From an uncultured Acidobacteriaceae bacterium (GTDB taxonomy: Bacteria > Acidobacteriota > Terriglobia > Terriglobales > Acidobacteriaceae), in contig CAVUSP010000011.1 of assembly GCA_963744155.1 (NCBI GenBank), forward strand, positions 265,075 to 329,074: a DNA stretch of 64,000 bases, in the 5' to 3' direction. The translations under genes and the position numbers were made by a program. The notes beneath the pieces are model-generated. The model was not told the origin of the DNA. It saw only the letters and a list, made by a program, of their open reading frames with translations, and did no database searches. Positions 1 through 9,865 of the stretch are shown here, one piece after another. The stretch's first letter is position 1. The number at the start of each line of letters is the position of its first letter.

Positions 1-66
1 GCCCGCACTTCGATCCAAAGAATACCGGGAGCCGGAAATGGATTGGTGTGGGAGGGTGATGAGTAC

Positions 67-984
67 ATGCCGTCGAATCCTGCTGGAATGGCGGGTCTGA
101 ATCTGAGTCAGGGTCTGAATGGTTCGGTCGAGCGGGTTCAGCGGAAGAGACTCTGCGGGAATGTGGAGTGCGCGAGCGGATGGGCGATGCCATGGCGAAA
201 TCGTCGGAGGCCAATCTTTGAAGCGCAGTGGGGTTGCAGCGGGCGCTGCGTTCTGGCGATGGTGCAGGCGGCGGTTCGCCGTGAACTCGGCGATGGCGGA
301 GCTAGTACGGCGGCGTCACCGCACCGGCACAGAGTTCCGCTGGGTCTGCTGATGTTGGCGCAGGGGTGGATTACGCATCCGGAACTGCAAAAGGCTCTGG
401 CGGCGCATCGAGAGAGCGGGACGGGGCGGATTGGCGATTGGCTGATGAGCGAGTGCGGGTTGGAGCCGGAACAGATCACGCGCGGATTGAGTATGCAGTG
501 GGGCTGTCCGGTGCTCACGACAGAAAAGTTCTCGCCCGAGGCTATGGCGCTGGTGATGCCGAAGGTGTTCGTTGCAAATTTTGGCTTACTGCCTCTGCGT
601 GTGGCCGGAGGGCAGATTTTGTATCTCGGATTTGCGGGGCAGCTGGATGCATCTGCTGCGTTTGCGGTGGAACAGATGACGGAGTTGAAGGTAGAGAGCG
701 GGGTCGTGGAGGGGAGTCAGTTCGAGGCTGCGCGCAGCCGGCTGCTTGCTTGTGATGGAGTCGAGATGAAGCTCGAAGCTGCGGAGGACAGAGATTCGAT
801 GGCTGCAAGAATCACAGCGATATTGGAGCAGAAGCAGCCGATCGCGTCGCGCATGGTCAGACTGCATCAATATTACTGGCTGAGGATCCGGCTGGAGAGT
901 GGTGCGCTGGGGAAGGCGGGGAACTTGCCGGTGACGAGCGAGGATGTTATGGACTACGTCTTCACCGTTGGGTCGCAGAGTTAG
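67..984 (+). CDS. MshEN/GspE-N-terminal-like domain protein (putative c-di-GMP receptor) with N-terminal Cys motif
   Basis: Tandem motifs PLGLLMLAQGWITHPELQKALAAH and RIGDWLMSECGLEPEQITRGLSMQ resemble the MshEN consensus RLGxxLxxxGxIxxxxLxxxLxxQ. No Walker A motif. ATG at 67 follows a GGAGG. Confidence 0.65.
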   Translation: MPSNPAGMAGLNLSQGLNGSVERVQRKRLCGNVECASGWAMPWRNRRRPIFEAQWGCSGRCVLAMVQAAVRRELGDGGASTAASPHRHRVPLGLLMLAQGWITHPELQKALAAHRESGTGRIGDWLMSECGLEPEQITRGLSMQWGCPVLTTEKFSPEAMALVMPKVFVANFGLLPLRVAGGQILYLGFAGQLDASAAFAVEQMTELKVESGVVEGSQFEAARSRLLACDGVEMKLEAAEDRDSMAARITAILEQKQPIASRMVRLHQYYWLRIRLESGALGKAGNLPVTSEDVMDYVFTVGSQS

Positions 985-1011
985 CGTAAAGGGAACAGTT
1001 TGTTGGTAGAC

Positions 1012-1044
1012 AAGAAAAGAGGGCCGAGTTGGCCCTCTTTCTTT
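1012..1044. terminator. Bidirectional intrinsic terminator
   Basis: AAGAAAAGAGGGCC-gagtt-GGCCCTCTTTCTTT hairpin between convergent genes. Confidence 0.8.
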
Positions 1045-1062
1045 GCTCGCTAGACGGAGTTC

Positions 1063-1461
1063 TTATCTGGACGGTGTCTCAGAAGCACTTGCAACGGAGG
1101 TGTTGAATCCGGAATCCTGAGCGGGCCCAAGGCCGAGCTTAATAATGGCGCGGGAGTCAGGGACGAGTTTGGTCTGCCAGCCGTTATCGCTCTGGAATTT
1201 CTGCATGGCAGCTTCGGTGCCGGAGTCCCAATGTCCTGATGGATCGCCGGTGAGGTAACCGGATTTGATGAGAGACGATTGGATCTGGGTAGCGCGCGCA
1301 TCGTCGATGCCGCGTTGACCGGCCGGTTTCGGCGAGGATTTGGAGTGTTTATTGAAGAGCTTTGGAGAGGTTGGACCGCGACGGGTGTGAGTTAATGCCG
1401 AAGATGGCAGAGCGATTGACAGAAGCAAAGCCGAGCTCAGAATCTCATTAACAAACCGCAT
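1063..1461 (-). CDS. Secreted peptidoglycan-binding domain protein
   Basis: Signal peptide, then IQSSLIKSGYL..SGHWDSGTEAAMQKFQSDNG, typical of PG_binding_1. Confidence 0.8.
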   Translation of the reverse strand: MRFVNEILSSALLLSIALPSSALTHTRRGPTSPKLFNKHSKSSPKPAGQRGIDDARATQIQSSLIKSGYLTGDPSGHWDSGTEAAMQKFQSDNGWQTKLVPDSRAIIKLGLGPAQDSGFNTSVASASETPSR

Positions 1462-1690
1462 AGTCGGACATCACCTTGGTCAAGTATGAAACACAATTTA
1501 CGGGGCGAGCTGCCGCCGTTCTGGCTAGAGTAACCCGAGAGTAATATTTAGGCAACAAGAGGTTGTCCAATTTGCCTACATCTTTTGAGGGGCTTGGGGC
1601 GAACCATTTGCACTTGGCATGCACTTGGGTAAGGGGATAGGCGCAGGTACGGGACGCCTATCTCCTCCGGGTTGAGGTTCGCATACGGGG

Positions 1691-3340
1691 CTACGGAAGC
1701 GTCCCGCCTACGTAGGAGTTGAGGTTCTTCTGGGTCGGAGACTGGATGACAAAGACAACGTCATCTTTGGATTTGAGAGTGGAGACGATTGCGCGATAAC
1801 TGGCCTCGTCGGTGACGGGCTTGCGGTTGATTGCGATGATGATCGCGGTCTTGCCGAGGCCGATCTCATCGGCAAAGGAGCCGGGACGCACGTTGGTGAT
1901 GATGACGCCTCCCTTGATGCCGGTCTTTGCCGCGATAGACGGCGGAATGGCCGCAACGGTGATACCGAGTTTGCCTTCACCGGCATCGGACTCCTGCGGA
2001 GGGGAGAGATCTTCCTGCTGGCCGGTGATGTCAGCGTAGGTCTTGGCGCGGTCCCCGATGACGACATTGGCGGTGTTCTGTTTGCCGTCGCGCAGATAGC
2101 CGATCTTGACGGTTGAACCGACGTGGCGCGCCGAGATGTCATTGACGAGATCGTCGCCGTCCTTGATGTTGCGGCCGTCAATGGAGACGAGGACGTCGCC
2201 GGCCTGGATGCCTGCCTTGGCTGCGCCGCCGTTTGGCGTAACGACACCGACGATGACACCGTTGGTGAATCCGTAGACGCGGCCTACAGCGGAGGACTGT
2301 GCAGTCTGGAACTGAATGCCGATGGATCCGCGAACGACCTTATGTTCGGGTCCGATGAGCATGTTGTAGACGTTGGCGATGATGTTCGACGGCATGGCGA
2401 AGCCGACGCCCTGGGAGCCCATCGACTGCGTATAGATCGCGGTGTTCATGCCGACGACCTGGCCAGCCATGTCGACGAGCGGGCCGCCGGAGTTGCCGGG
2501 ATTGATGGCGGCGTCGGTCTGGATGAAGCGCTGAAACTGTGTCTGCGAGACGCCGTTGGCGCTGGGTTCGTCGATGCTGCGGTTCTTGGCGGAGATGATG
2601 CCTGCGGTCACGGTCTTCGAGAGCGAGAAGGGGCTGCCGATGGCCAGGACCCAGTCTCCGACCTGCGCGCCGTCAGAGTTGCCGAGTTTGATCGTCGGAA
2701 GAGGCTCTTTTGTGTCGATCTTGATGACGGCGATATCGGTGTCTTTATCGACTCCGACCACAGTGGCGAGACGGCCCGGATCACCGGCGTCGTCCGGATC
2801 GCTGGAGAGCTTTACGTAGATCTTGTCGGCTTTATCGACGACGTGATTGTTGGTGATGATGTAACCGCGAGAATCAACGATGAAGCCTGATCCCAGAGCG
2901 CGGCGTTCTCCGCCTGCACCGTCACCATCGTCGCCGCCCTGGCCGCCGAAGAAGCGGTTGAAAAAGTCCTGCATATCGCCGGGCGTTTGCTGACTGTCAT
3001 CATCGCCATCTGGATTGTTTGGCTGAGGTCGCTGGCCACGTTTGCGCTTGTTGGCGGCCGGCTTAGGCAGTTCCTCGGTGTTGATGTTGACGACGGCAGG
3101 GCCGACCTGTTTGACGATCTGCGAAAACCCGTTGGAGAGGCTTACCGGAGAGGGAATAATCAGAGGCTTCGCGTCGGAGGAGTTGACGCCTGCCTGCTCT
3201 TTGCCGCTGACGTTGCGCGTGAGAACTGAGCCGGCGAGGATGCCAACGGAAAGGGTCGCGAGGAGGACGAAGGTCGTCGTGAGGCGGTGCCTGCGAATGC
3301 GGTCGAACAGCGAGGGGGAATTGTTAGTCGGTGTATCCAT
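1691..3340 (-). CDS. degP: Do/HtrA family serine protease with two PDZ domains
   Basis: GSGFI, TNNHVV, TDIAV and IQTDAAINPGNSGGPL catalytic motifs; C-terminal PDZ repeats. Confidence 0.92.
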   Translation of the reverse strand: MDTPTNNSPSLFDRIRRHRLTTTFVLLATLSVGILAGSVLTRNVSGKEQAGVNSSDAKPLIIPSPVSLSNGFSQIVKQVGPAVVNINTEELPKPAANKRKRGQRPQPNNPDGDDDSQQTPGDMQDFFNRFFGGQGGDDGDGAGGERRALGSGFIVDSRGYIITNNHVVDKADKIYVKLSSDPDDAGDPGRLATVVGVDKDTDIAVIKIDTKEPLPTIKLGNSDGAQVGDWVLAIGSPFSLSKTVTAGIISAKNRSIDEPSANGVSQTQFQRFIQTDAAINPGNSGGPLVDMAGQVVGMNTAIYTQSMGSQGVGFAMPSNIIANVYNMLIGPEHKVVRGSIGIQFQTAQSSAVGRVYGFTNGVIVGVVTPNGGAAKAGIQAGDVLVSIDGRNIKDGDDLVNDISARHVGSTVKIGYLRDGKQNTANVVIGDRAKTYADITGQQEDLSPPQESDAGEGKLGITVAAIPPSIAAKTGIKGGVIITNVRPGSFADEIGLGKTAIIIAINRKPVTDEASYRAIVSTLKSKDDVVFVIQSPTQKNLNSYVGGTLP

Positions 3341-3500
3341 TTATCGGTCATGACCTCATGTTGGTGCGTTGCAATGCGCCGGACTGTCCGCGCGGCATGA
3401 ATCTTAAGTATAGTCGCTCTTCACTCCCGCGGTTTCATGCAAGGGAGGAAGCAACTTCACAGGTTTAGACGCGAGATTTGGGCAAAAGTCTTCTGTTTCT

Positions 3501-4428
3501 TCAGCCTGGATGAGTGGGAAGGGGCGCAGATGTTGAAAGCAGTTCTGTAACGACGATTCCGCAAAGGATAAGAGCGGCGCCAGCGAGGGAGCGTCGGCCG
3601 AGATGCTCGTGCAGAACGAGGAAAGAGGTCAGACACGCGAAGACGGGTTCGAGAGTAAGGAGTATCGCAGTGTGGGTGGGGGGAAGATGTTGCTGCGCCC
3701 AGCTTTGAATGGTGAAGGCGGCAGCCGTGGCGAGAAGGCTGGTGACGGCCAGCGCGATGAGGAGGCGGGGAGTTACAGACAGGTGAGGTCTTCCCCCGAT
3801 TGGGAGGGTGACGGCCATGATCAAGGCGGCTGCGCCGATCTGGATGGTTGCAAGTTGGCCGGTGGGGACCCGGTGCGAGGTGTGGGCGAGCGCGAGGAGG
3901 TGCCCGGCGAAGGCTATCGCGCAGGCCAACGTGAGCAGGTCGCCGAGACCGATGCTGACGAAGAGATTCTGCAGGGACGTTCCAGCAGGTGTCGTGAGAA
4001 GGAGCAAGCCGGAGAAGGCGAGGAGCGCTCCGATGGCGGTGGTCCAGCGGGGAGCGGGTGTGTTGGCGGATCGAAGGGCGGGGATGATGGTGAAGAGCGG
4101 AACGAAGACGACGACGAGGCCGGTGATGAAGGCTGATTTCGCGGCGGTGGTGCGGGCGAGCCCGGCGGTTTGGAACTGATAGCCGGCGGCAAGGAAGAGA
4201 CCGACGAAGACGCCGGAGAGGAGAGCGCGGCGGCGTGATGTGGCGGAGTTGGCGGTGATTCACGATGGCCAAAGCGACGAACGCGAGGGCCATGCGGAGG
4301 AGATTGAACAGGAGAGGAGAGGCGTCCTGAAGGGCGTCTTTGACGAGGACGAAGGTGGTTCCCCAGACGAAGACGACGGCCAGGAGCAGGATATGAGCGA
4401 GAGTGCTGGGGCTGAGTCGTTGCGGCAA
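3501..4428 (-). CDS. EamA/DMT family transporter (single frameshift near 4233)
   Basis: N-terminal VWGTTFVLVK in one frame; continuation GYQFQTAGLARTTAAKSAFITG..LEPVFA in the 3501..4007 frame. Confidence 0.8.
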
Positions 4429-4429
4429 C

Positions 4430-6199
4430 TTAGTTTTGTGCTCCGGTGGTGGGCTTGGCGGCGACTGTAGGGGCGGTGTAGACGGTTTCGCCGTTGACTA
4501 CGGTGCGGAGGACTTTTGTGTTGAGGATTTGCTGGGGCGTCGCGGTGGTGAGGTCGCGGTCGAGGACGACGATATCGGCGAGGAAGCCGGGCTCGATTCG
4601 GCCTTTCATTTCTTCCATTTTTTCTGCGTAGGCGGAGCCCTGGGTGTAGGCGTAGAGGGCTTCGTTGAGGGTGATCTTTTCCTGGGGCTGGTAGGTTTTG
4701 GTTCCGGCTTCGTTCTGACGAGTGATGGCGGCGTAGAGGCCGCGGAACGGGCTGACGGATTCGACGGGGTAGTCGGTGCCGAAGGCGAGGACGACACCGT
4801 GGTCGAGGAAGGAGCGCCAGGCGTAGGAGTATTTGACGCGCTCGGGACCGAGGCGGGCTTCTGCCCAGTTCATGTCGGTGAGCAGGTGCGAGGGCTGCAT
4901 GGAGGCGACGACGTGGAGTTTGGCGAAGCGATCGAAGGCCCCGGGGGAGACGACCTGGGCGTGTTCGATGCGGTAGCGGAAGTCGTCGAGGACGACGGTG
5001 ACTGTCGCGTGGGTAATGGCCTCAAGCTTGGGGACGAGATCCTGCTGTTGTTTGCGGCGGGCTGCCATGGCTGCTTCGAAGGCATCGAGCGCCATGTCGT
5101 TGGCGCGGTCGCCGATGGCGTGGAAGCCAAGCTGAAAGGATTCAAGGGCGCGGTCAGAGGCGAGTTGATTCAAAGGCTGCTGTTCGTAGCGAGGGATGCC
5201 GGAGTTTCCGGGGTCGTCGCTGTAGGGGGCGTTGAGTGCGGCGGTGCGGGAGCCGAGTGAGCCGTCCATAAAGCCCTTGAGCATGGTGGTGCGGAGGAAG
5301 GGGTCGCCTGCGTGGGATGTTCGGCGCTGTTTGAGGGTGTCTACCGGGGTGTCGAAGGCCAGCCACTCGGCGACGCGGAGATGGAGGCTGCTGGAATTTT
5401 CGAGGTCTTCGAGCGCGAGGAAGTCTTCCCACTCGGAGAGATCCTGGACGGAGGTTACGCCGTGGGCGAGGGCGTCGTTCATCGCGAGGGTGAGGGCGTT
5501 GAGGCGCTGCTGGTGCGTCGGCGGGGGGATCACTTTGCGGATGAGGGCTACCGCCGGGGCTTCGCGGACGATGCCGGTGGGGTTGCCGGAGGCGTCGCGG
5601 TCGATTTTGGAGCCGGGCGGGTCGGGGGTGGCGGAGGTGATGTTGGCGGCGGCGAGAGCGGCGGAGTTGGCGACGACGATGTGGCCGTCGGTGCGCTCGA
5701 AGACTGCGGGGTGGCCGGCTGTGACTGCGTCAATGTCAGCGCGGGTGGGGAGTTGTTTGGTGGGCCATTTCGTGTGGTCCCAGCCTCCGCCCTGGATCCA
5801 TGTGTTGGGTGGCGCTTTGGCGGTATAGGTGCGGATTCGGTCCTGCATTTCCTTGAGGGACTGGGTGCCGTCGAGGTCGACGGTGAGTTTCTGCTGGCCG
5901 GCGGAGGCGATGTGGGTGTGGGCGTCGTTGAAGCCGGGCATCGCGAATGCGCCGTTCAGGTCGATGACTTTGGTCAGGGGGCCTTTGAGGGCCTGGATGG
6001 TTGCGTCGTCGCCGATGGCGAGGATCTTTCCGTTGGCGATGGCGATGGCTGTGACCTTAGCCGGGGTGTCGGAGGTGTCATCGGCGCGGAGGTGGGCGCC
6101 GGTCAGGATGTTGCCGTGGATATAGATGGTGGCGGGCGGGTTTTGCGCCACGGCGACCGAGGCAACGAGCAGGATTGCGCTGAATGTGAGGGCTTTCAC
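4430..6199 (-). CDS. Secreted YtcJ-like amidohydrolase
   Basis: PGFNDAHTH, KGFMDGSLGSRTA, HAIGDRA, RIEHAQ and GTDYPV motifs; signal peptide from GTG at 6199. Confidence 0.9.
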   Translation of the reverse strand: MKALTFSAILLVASVAVAQNPPATIYIHGNILTGAHLRADDTSDTPAKVTAIAIANGKILAIGDDATIQALKGPLTKVIDLNGAFAMPGFNDAHTHIASAGQQKLTVDLDGTQSLKEMQDRIRTYTAKAPPNTWIQGGGWDHTKWPTKQLPTRADIDAVTAGHPAVFERTDGHIVVANSAALAAANITSATPDPPGSKIDRDASGNPTGIVREAPAVALIRKVIPPPTHQQRLNALTLAMNDALAHGVTSVQDLSEWEDFLALEDLENSSSLHLRVAEWLAFDTPVDTLKQRRTSHAGDPFLRTTMLKGFMDGSLGSRTAALNAPYSDDPGNSGIPRYEQQPLNQLASDRALESFQLGFHAIGDRANDMALDAFEAAMAARRKQQQDLVPKLEAITHATVTVVLDDFRYRIEHAQVVSPGAFDRFAKLHVVASMQPSHLLTDMNWAEARLGPERVKYSYAWRSFLDHGVVLAFGTDYPVESVSPFRGLYAAITRQNEAGTKTYQPQEKITLNEALYAYTQGSAYAEKMEEMKGRIEPGFLADIVVLDRDLTTATPQQILNTKVLRTVVNGETVYTAPTVAAKPTTGAQN

Positions 6200-7882
6200 G
6201 GATGGAGTGTAGCAGGCTTTATGGCTGCTTGTATGGGAGCCTCCCCCTCCTGGCTGATTTTGCGCAAAGTCTTCCAAATACAGGGGTTAGGTTTGGACTT
6301 TGGCTGCAAACTGTTGATTCTAAACGCCGGGCCTGTAAAGTCTTGATTTGAGATGAGAAAGAACGCGGTTGGTGCTTCTCTCGATTTTCGAGCCTGATTT
6401 AATTGTAGCGGAGTGGAGGGGGTAAATACGCCACGCGGATGTCGTTCATTTGCTGTGGGTTAGGTGGTTTTGGGGCTTGACATGCGATTTTTGGGCTGAA
6501 TTTGAGGATTAAATTTTGCGGGCTGGGGAAGGGATGGAGTTGAGAAGCGCGATGCGTAAGCGCACAGTGCGTCGACCGCGATCTGGACACAATTCTCTCG
6601 CTAGTTTGCACGAAAACCTCGTTTTCATGCCGACAACCCAGCAGACCGTCCGTCATTGATTGTCGTGGCAGAACTCCGTGAACGGTAACGGACTACGATC
6701 TCCTTGTGCCCGGAATCTGTCGGCAAGCTTGAGCAGGACCAAGCGTTGAGTGGTTGTGCGCCATAGCGTACAGTAGCTAGGGCCGCTCAATCTAGCCATC
6801 CAGATCTGACGTGTATTAGCGAGTCGTTGACCTCGGCGGACCGTTCCATCTCAGTATGTCGTTCAGGCCAAGAACTGCGAATAGTCCAATTCGCAAAGGC
6901 GATGCACTGGACATCCTAGTGTGATGGAGAATCATGCCAATGACCGCGATAGGAATCATGGTATACATCATCACGCTTATCCGAATGGGCGCACCCGGGG
7001 GTAGCCATACGGGTTCGCCGGAATCAGTGAATTCGATAACGGTCCACGGTGCAGCTCTCGACTCGCGGTTGGCACATCCGCATGTACCCCGGCGAAACCA
7101 AGCACCGTTCGACAGTAAAATGGATAGTTGATATGCAGCGCCGAAACGCTGATCCACGTTTCTGTAATCCGGCCCATGGCTCAGTCGAGGTCTCGCAAAG
7201 CGTTCCGTGCAGCTGCATCGTGACAGGACGTGCTTAAGCGATAGCAACCATGCCTGCTACTCCAAGTGCGAACAAGCCAGTGCCGCGCAGTCAGATTTCA
7301 GTTGACCAGTCTTTGACAGCTGAACTACGCGACTCATCTTTCGATCAGACGGCAAAATCGAGTTGACTTTTCCGGAATGACCCTCGTTCATTAGGCGTTA
7401 TACGTGCAGCTGGATTGCGAAGCTTCAATTGTAGCGCGAGGCAGACGGGTAGTGCTTCGCGACCGACCATTCCTGACATGTCGAACCCTCCTATAACAAT
7501 TAAAGGCAGAGCGTGTCCGCCACGATTGTATTTACGCCCAAAAAGACAGAGGTAGTGTTCAAAGCGAGAGAACGCTAATGCGTTCATTCGAGCCTGCAAG
7601 AACTACTTATCGGTTCCGGAGCAGATGACATCGCTTCTTGCGAATAAGCCGTGAGCGCCTGTAAAGTCCGCGTTATCGGCAAGTTCGGTGTAAGTCTTCT
7701 CGAAAACCCGTTTTGCGGGATTGGAACTGGAAGCGTGGTGTACCGCAGATCGCCGTGGGAATTTGCAACTTCTCATTCACACAACACCAGCGCATGATCG
7801 GGTGGATTAAGATTCAACCCAAGAATATTCCCACACTGTCGATCAGCGTTTGACTGGGCTTCTCTCGTGACTGTGTCAGGAA

Positions 7883-8815
7883 TTAGCTCTTGCGCGTCGG
7901 TATCGACACATCTTGCAGCAGCGTGAAATCGAGCAGGGTCTCACTCGGCACCTTTACCTGGTCGCCCTCAGTGATGATTTCCGAGCCTGCGCCAGCAGCT
8001 GCGCCGACGCCCGCGCCGATCGCTGCTCCCTGGCCGCCGTCGGCAACGGCACCGATGATCGCTCCAAGAGCCGCTCCGCCGGCCGTTCTCTTCGCGGTGC
8101 TCTCGCCGCGCGACTTGCCGGTCACTTCATATTCTCCCGTCACCACGGGTATCAACTTTCCATTCACTACAATCCCGGTCAGCTCGAGACGCAGCTTCGA
8201 TCTGCCGGCGAACGTTCCTGACTGCTTCGATTGCGTCAGCCGGCCATAAACGGGGGAATCTCTCGCGGCTACCACGTTGCCATCCCACATCAGGGGTTCT
8301 TCGAGCGCAGCCAGGAAGCGGTCTCCCACGATGCTATATGTGGAATCGATGGCATCAATGGTGCGCACAGAAATCAGCGTCCCGGCTGGGATAGTTACAT
8401 AGGCCGGCTTCATTTCGACATGCGCTACGGTTGCCGGATCATCGGGAAGCGAACTCAGTGGCAGTGGAGCCGGGGTACTTGCTCCATGCGCTACCGCGCC
8501 CGGATCGTCGGGAAGCGAACTCAGGGGCGGTGGGGCCGGGGCACTTGCTCCGCCTTCTGCTAGGGCTCCTGAAGAGATCGCTGCAGGCAGTTGCACGGTC
8601 GTCGCCGATTCCGAATCGAACTTGAGCGAAACGATGTCAGCGACGCTATATTTCTGTACCGTCGAGCCAACCTGGAAGCTGATTTCAGTCTCGGTGCCAC
8701 CGAGGAACTTGCCCTTGATCAGGCTGCCGTTCTTCAACACCAATGAATCGGCCCACGCCATCGACGCCGCCAAAGTCAGCGCAGTAAGGAATCCACCTTT
8801 CAGCTTGAGCCTCAT
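7883..8815 (-). CDS. Exported hypothetical protein with C-terminal glycine zipper and internal 22-aa duplication
   Basis: Signal peptide MRLKLKGGFLTALTLAASMAWA after a GGGGAG RBS; GGAALGAIIGAVADGGQGAAIGAGVGA. Confidence 0.75.
   Translation of the reverse strand: MRLKLKGGFLTALTLAASMAWADSLVLKNGSLIKGKFLGGTETEISFQVGSTVQKYSVADIVSLKFDSESATTVQLPAAISSGALAEGGASAPAPPPLSSLPDDPGAVAHGASTPAPLPLSSLPDDPATVAHVEMKPAYVTIPAGTLISVRTIDAIDSTYSIVGDRFLAALEEPLMWDGNVVAARDSPVYGRLTQSKQSGTFAGRSKLRLELTGIVVNGKLIPVVTGEYEVTGKSRGESTAKRTAGGAALGAIIGAVADGGQGAAIGAGVGAAAGAGSEIITEGDQVKVPSETLLDFTLLQDVSIPTRKS
8420..8551. repeat. 66-bp tandem duplication (2 copies) in coding region
   Basis: 8420-8485 and 8486-8551 encode GASAPAPPPLSSLPDDPGAVAH and GASTPAPLPLSSLPDDPATVAH. 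Confidence 0.9.
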
Positions 8816-8945
8816 GATGTCGTCTCCCCTTCGGTGCCTCTGCTTACTTTCCCGATTGATGTAAATTGTAGACCCGTCGGATTGGGTCAACTCGGTCAAG
8901 AACCCCATAATTTCTGATCACGCGCTATCTGGAAGTGAAAAGCGA

Positions 8946-9115
8946 AATGCGCGGGTTCGTCGCTGCGCTCAGAATGACAGCGGAGACTTGCAAGAGTAGA
9001 GGCAATAGGCAACAGCAAACGCAGATCCTCCGCCTATGGCGAAGGATGATAACTAAAAAAGCAACTGCAACTGCAAAATAAAGGGCAACAGCAATAGCAA
9101 AAGCAGATCCCTCGA
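8946..9115. repeat. REP-like cluster (GCAGATCC..GGATGA / ..CTCAGAATGACA type) with GCAACN hexamer spacers
   Basis: GGGTTCGTCGCTGCGCTCAGAATGACA, GCAGATCCTCCGCCTATGGCGAAGGATGATA, a truncated GCAGATCCCTCG, and GCAACT/GCAACA/GCAATA runs. Confidence 0.65.
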
Positions 9116-9140
9116 TCGGCACATTCCGGCCTGGTAGCTG

Positions 9141-9788
9141 TTAGTTTGCGGGTCCAGCAAACAGCAGCAGATTCCCATCCGGGTCCTTGACGACGAAATT
9201 CCTGGCGCCCCAAGGCTGCTTTTTCAGCGTCTGGTGAAAGGCAACACCAGCGGACTGAAACTCAAGAAACAGCAGCTTGATCTCGTCCGCTGTAGCGACG
9301 GTCATCGATACCGACAACAGTTCCTCCCGATCGCGGACCGTCGACTCGATTACTGGTCGCTCGACGCACCTTAGATTGAGACGCGCCGCGTCGCGACCGA
9401 CCTGTGCATAGTAGGGAGGTCTGCCGTAACTGAATACAATCGTGAAGCCTAACTTCTCACTGAAAAATTCGCATGATCTCTTGATATCGGTGACGAACAG
9501 TTGCGGCTCTGCACCGACAATCGTTGCTTTGGATGGTGATGATTTCACCTCGGGCGACGTCGTCGAAAGTCCAGTTTTCAGGGCTTGCCAGCTATCGAAG
9601 CCTTGCTGTCTTGCGACCATTTCTTGCGCATCGCTGAGCTTAAAGCTCGCCGCAAGAATCTCGGAGTCGGGCATATTCAGGAAACGAGGCAAATGCTCGC
9701 GGATTTGCGCGGCGACGGGATAGTGGCGTTCGCGATGCCACCGCAATATGAGCTTGGCTTGCTTTTTGAGGTTCTCCAGATTGGGCAT
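9141..9788 (-). CDS. VOC/glyoxalase (bleomycin-resistance-like) protein with extra N-terminal helical domain
   Basis: C-terminal PQLFVTDIKRSCEFF..LGF..QPWGARNFVVKDPDGNLLLF; N-terminal PNLENLKKQAK..LSDAQEMVARQQGFDSWQALK; ATG at 9788 after GGAGG. Confidence 0.85.
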   Translation of the reverse strand: MPNLENLKKQAKLILRWHRERHYPVAAQIREHLPRFLNMPDSEILAASFKLSDAQEMVARQQGFDSWQALKTGLSTTSPEVKSSPSKATIVGAEPQLFVTDIKRSCEFFSEKLGFTIVFSYGRPPYYAQVGRDAARLNLRCVERPVIESTVRDREELLSVSMTVATADEIKLLFLEFQSAGVAFHQTLKKQPWGARNFVVKDPDGNLLLFAGPAN

Positions 9789-9860
9789 GTAGGCCTCCAC
9801 GATGAGATCGTAGGTGGGCATTGCCCTTCGGCGACCTGCCGTTGCTCCCTACATGCGCAG
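9785..9860 (-). ncRNA. Candidate structured cis-regulatory 5' leader
   Basis: Several short hairpins, plus 9-bp perfect complementarity between the leader 5' end and the start-codon region. Confidence 0.55.
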
Positions 9861-9865
9861 ATTGC

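Noticed and set aside
1615-1632. Possible sigma54 promoter TTGGCATGCACTTGGG
   Set aside because: There is no GC at the -12 position, and no plus-strand gene follows.
8925-9122. 65-aa hydrophobic ORF
   Set aside because: It is the translation of the REP and hexamer repeat cluster.
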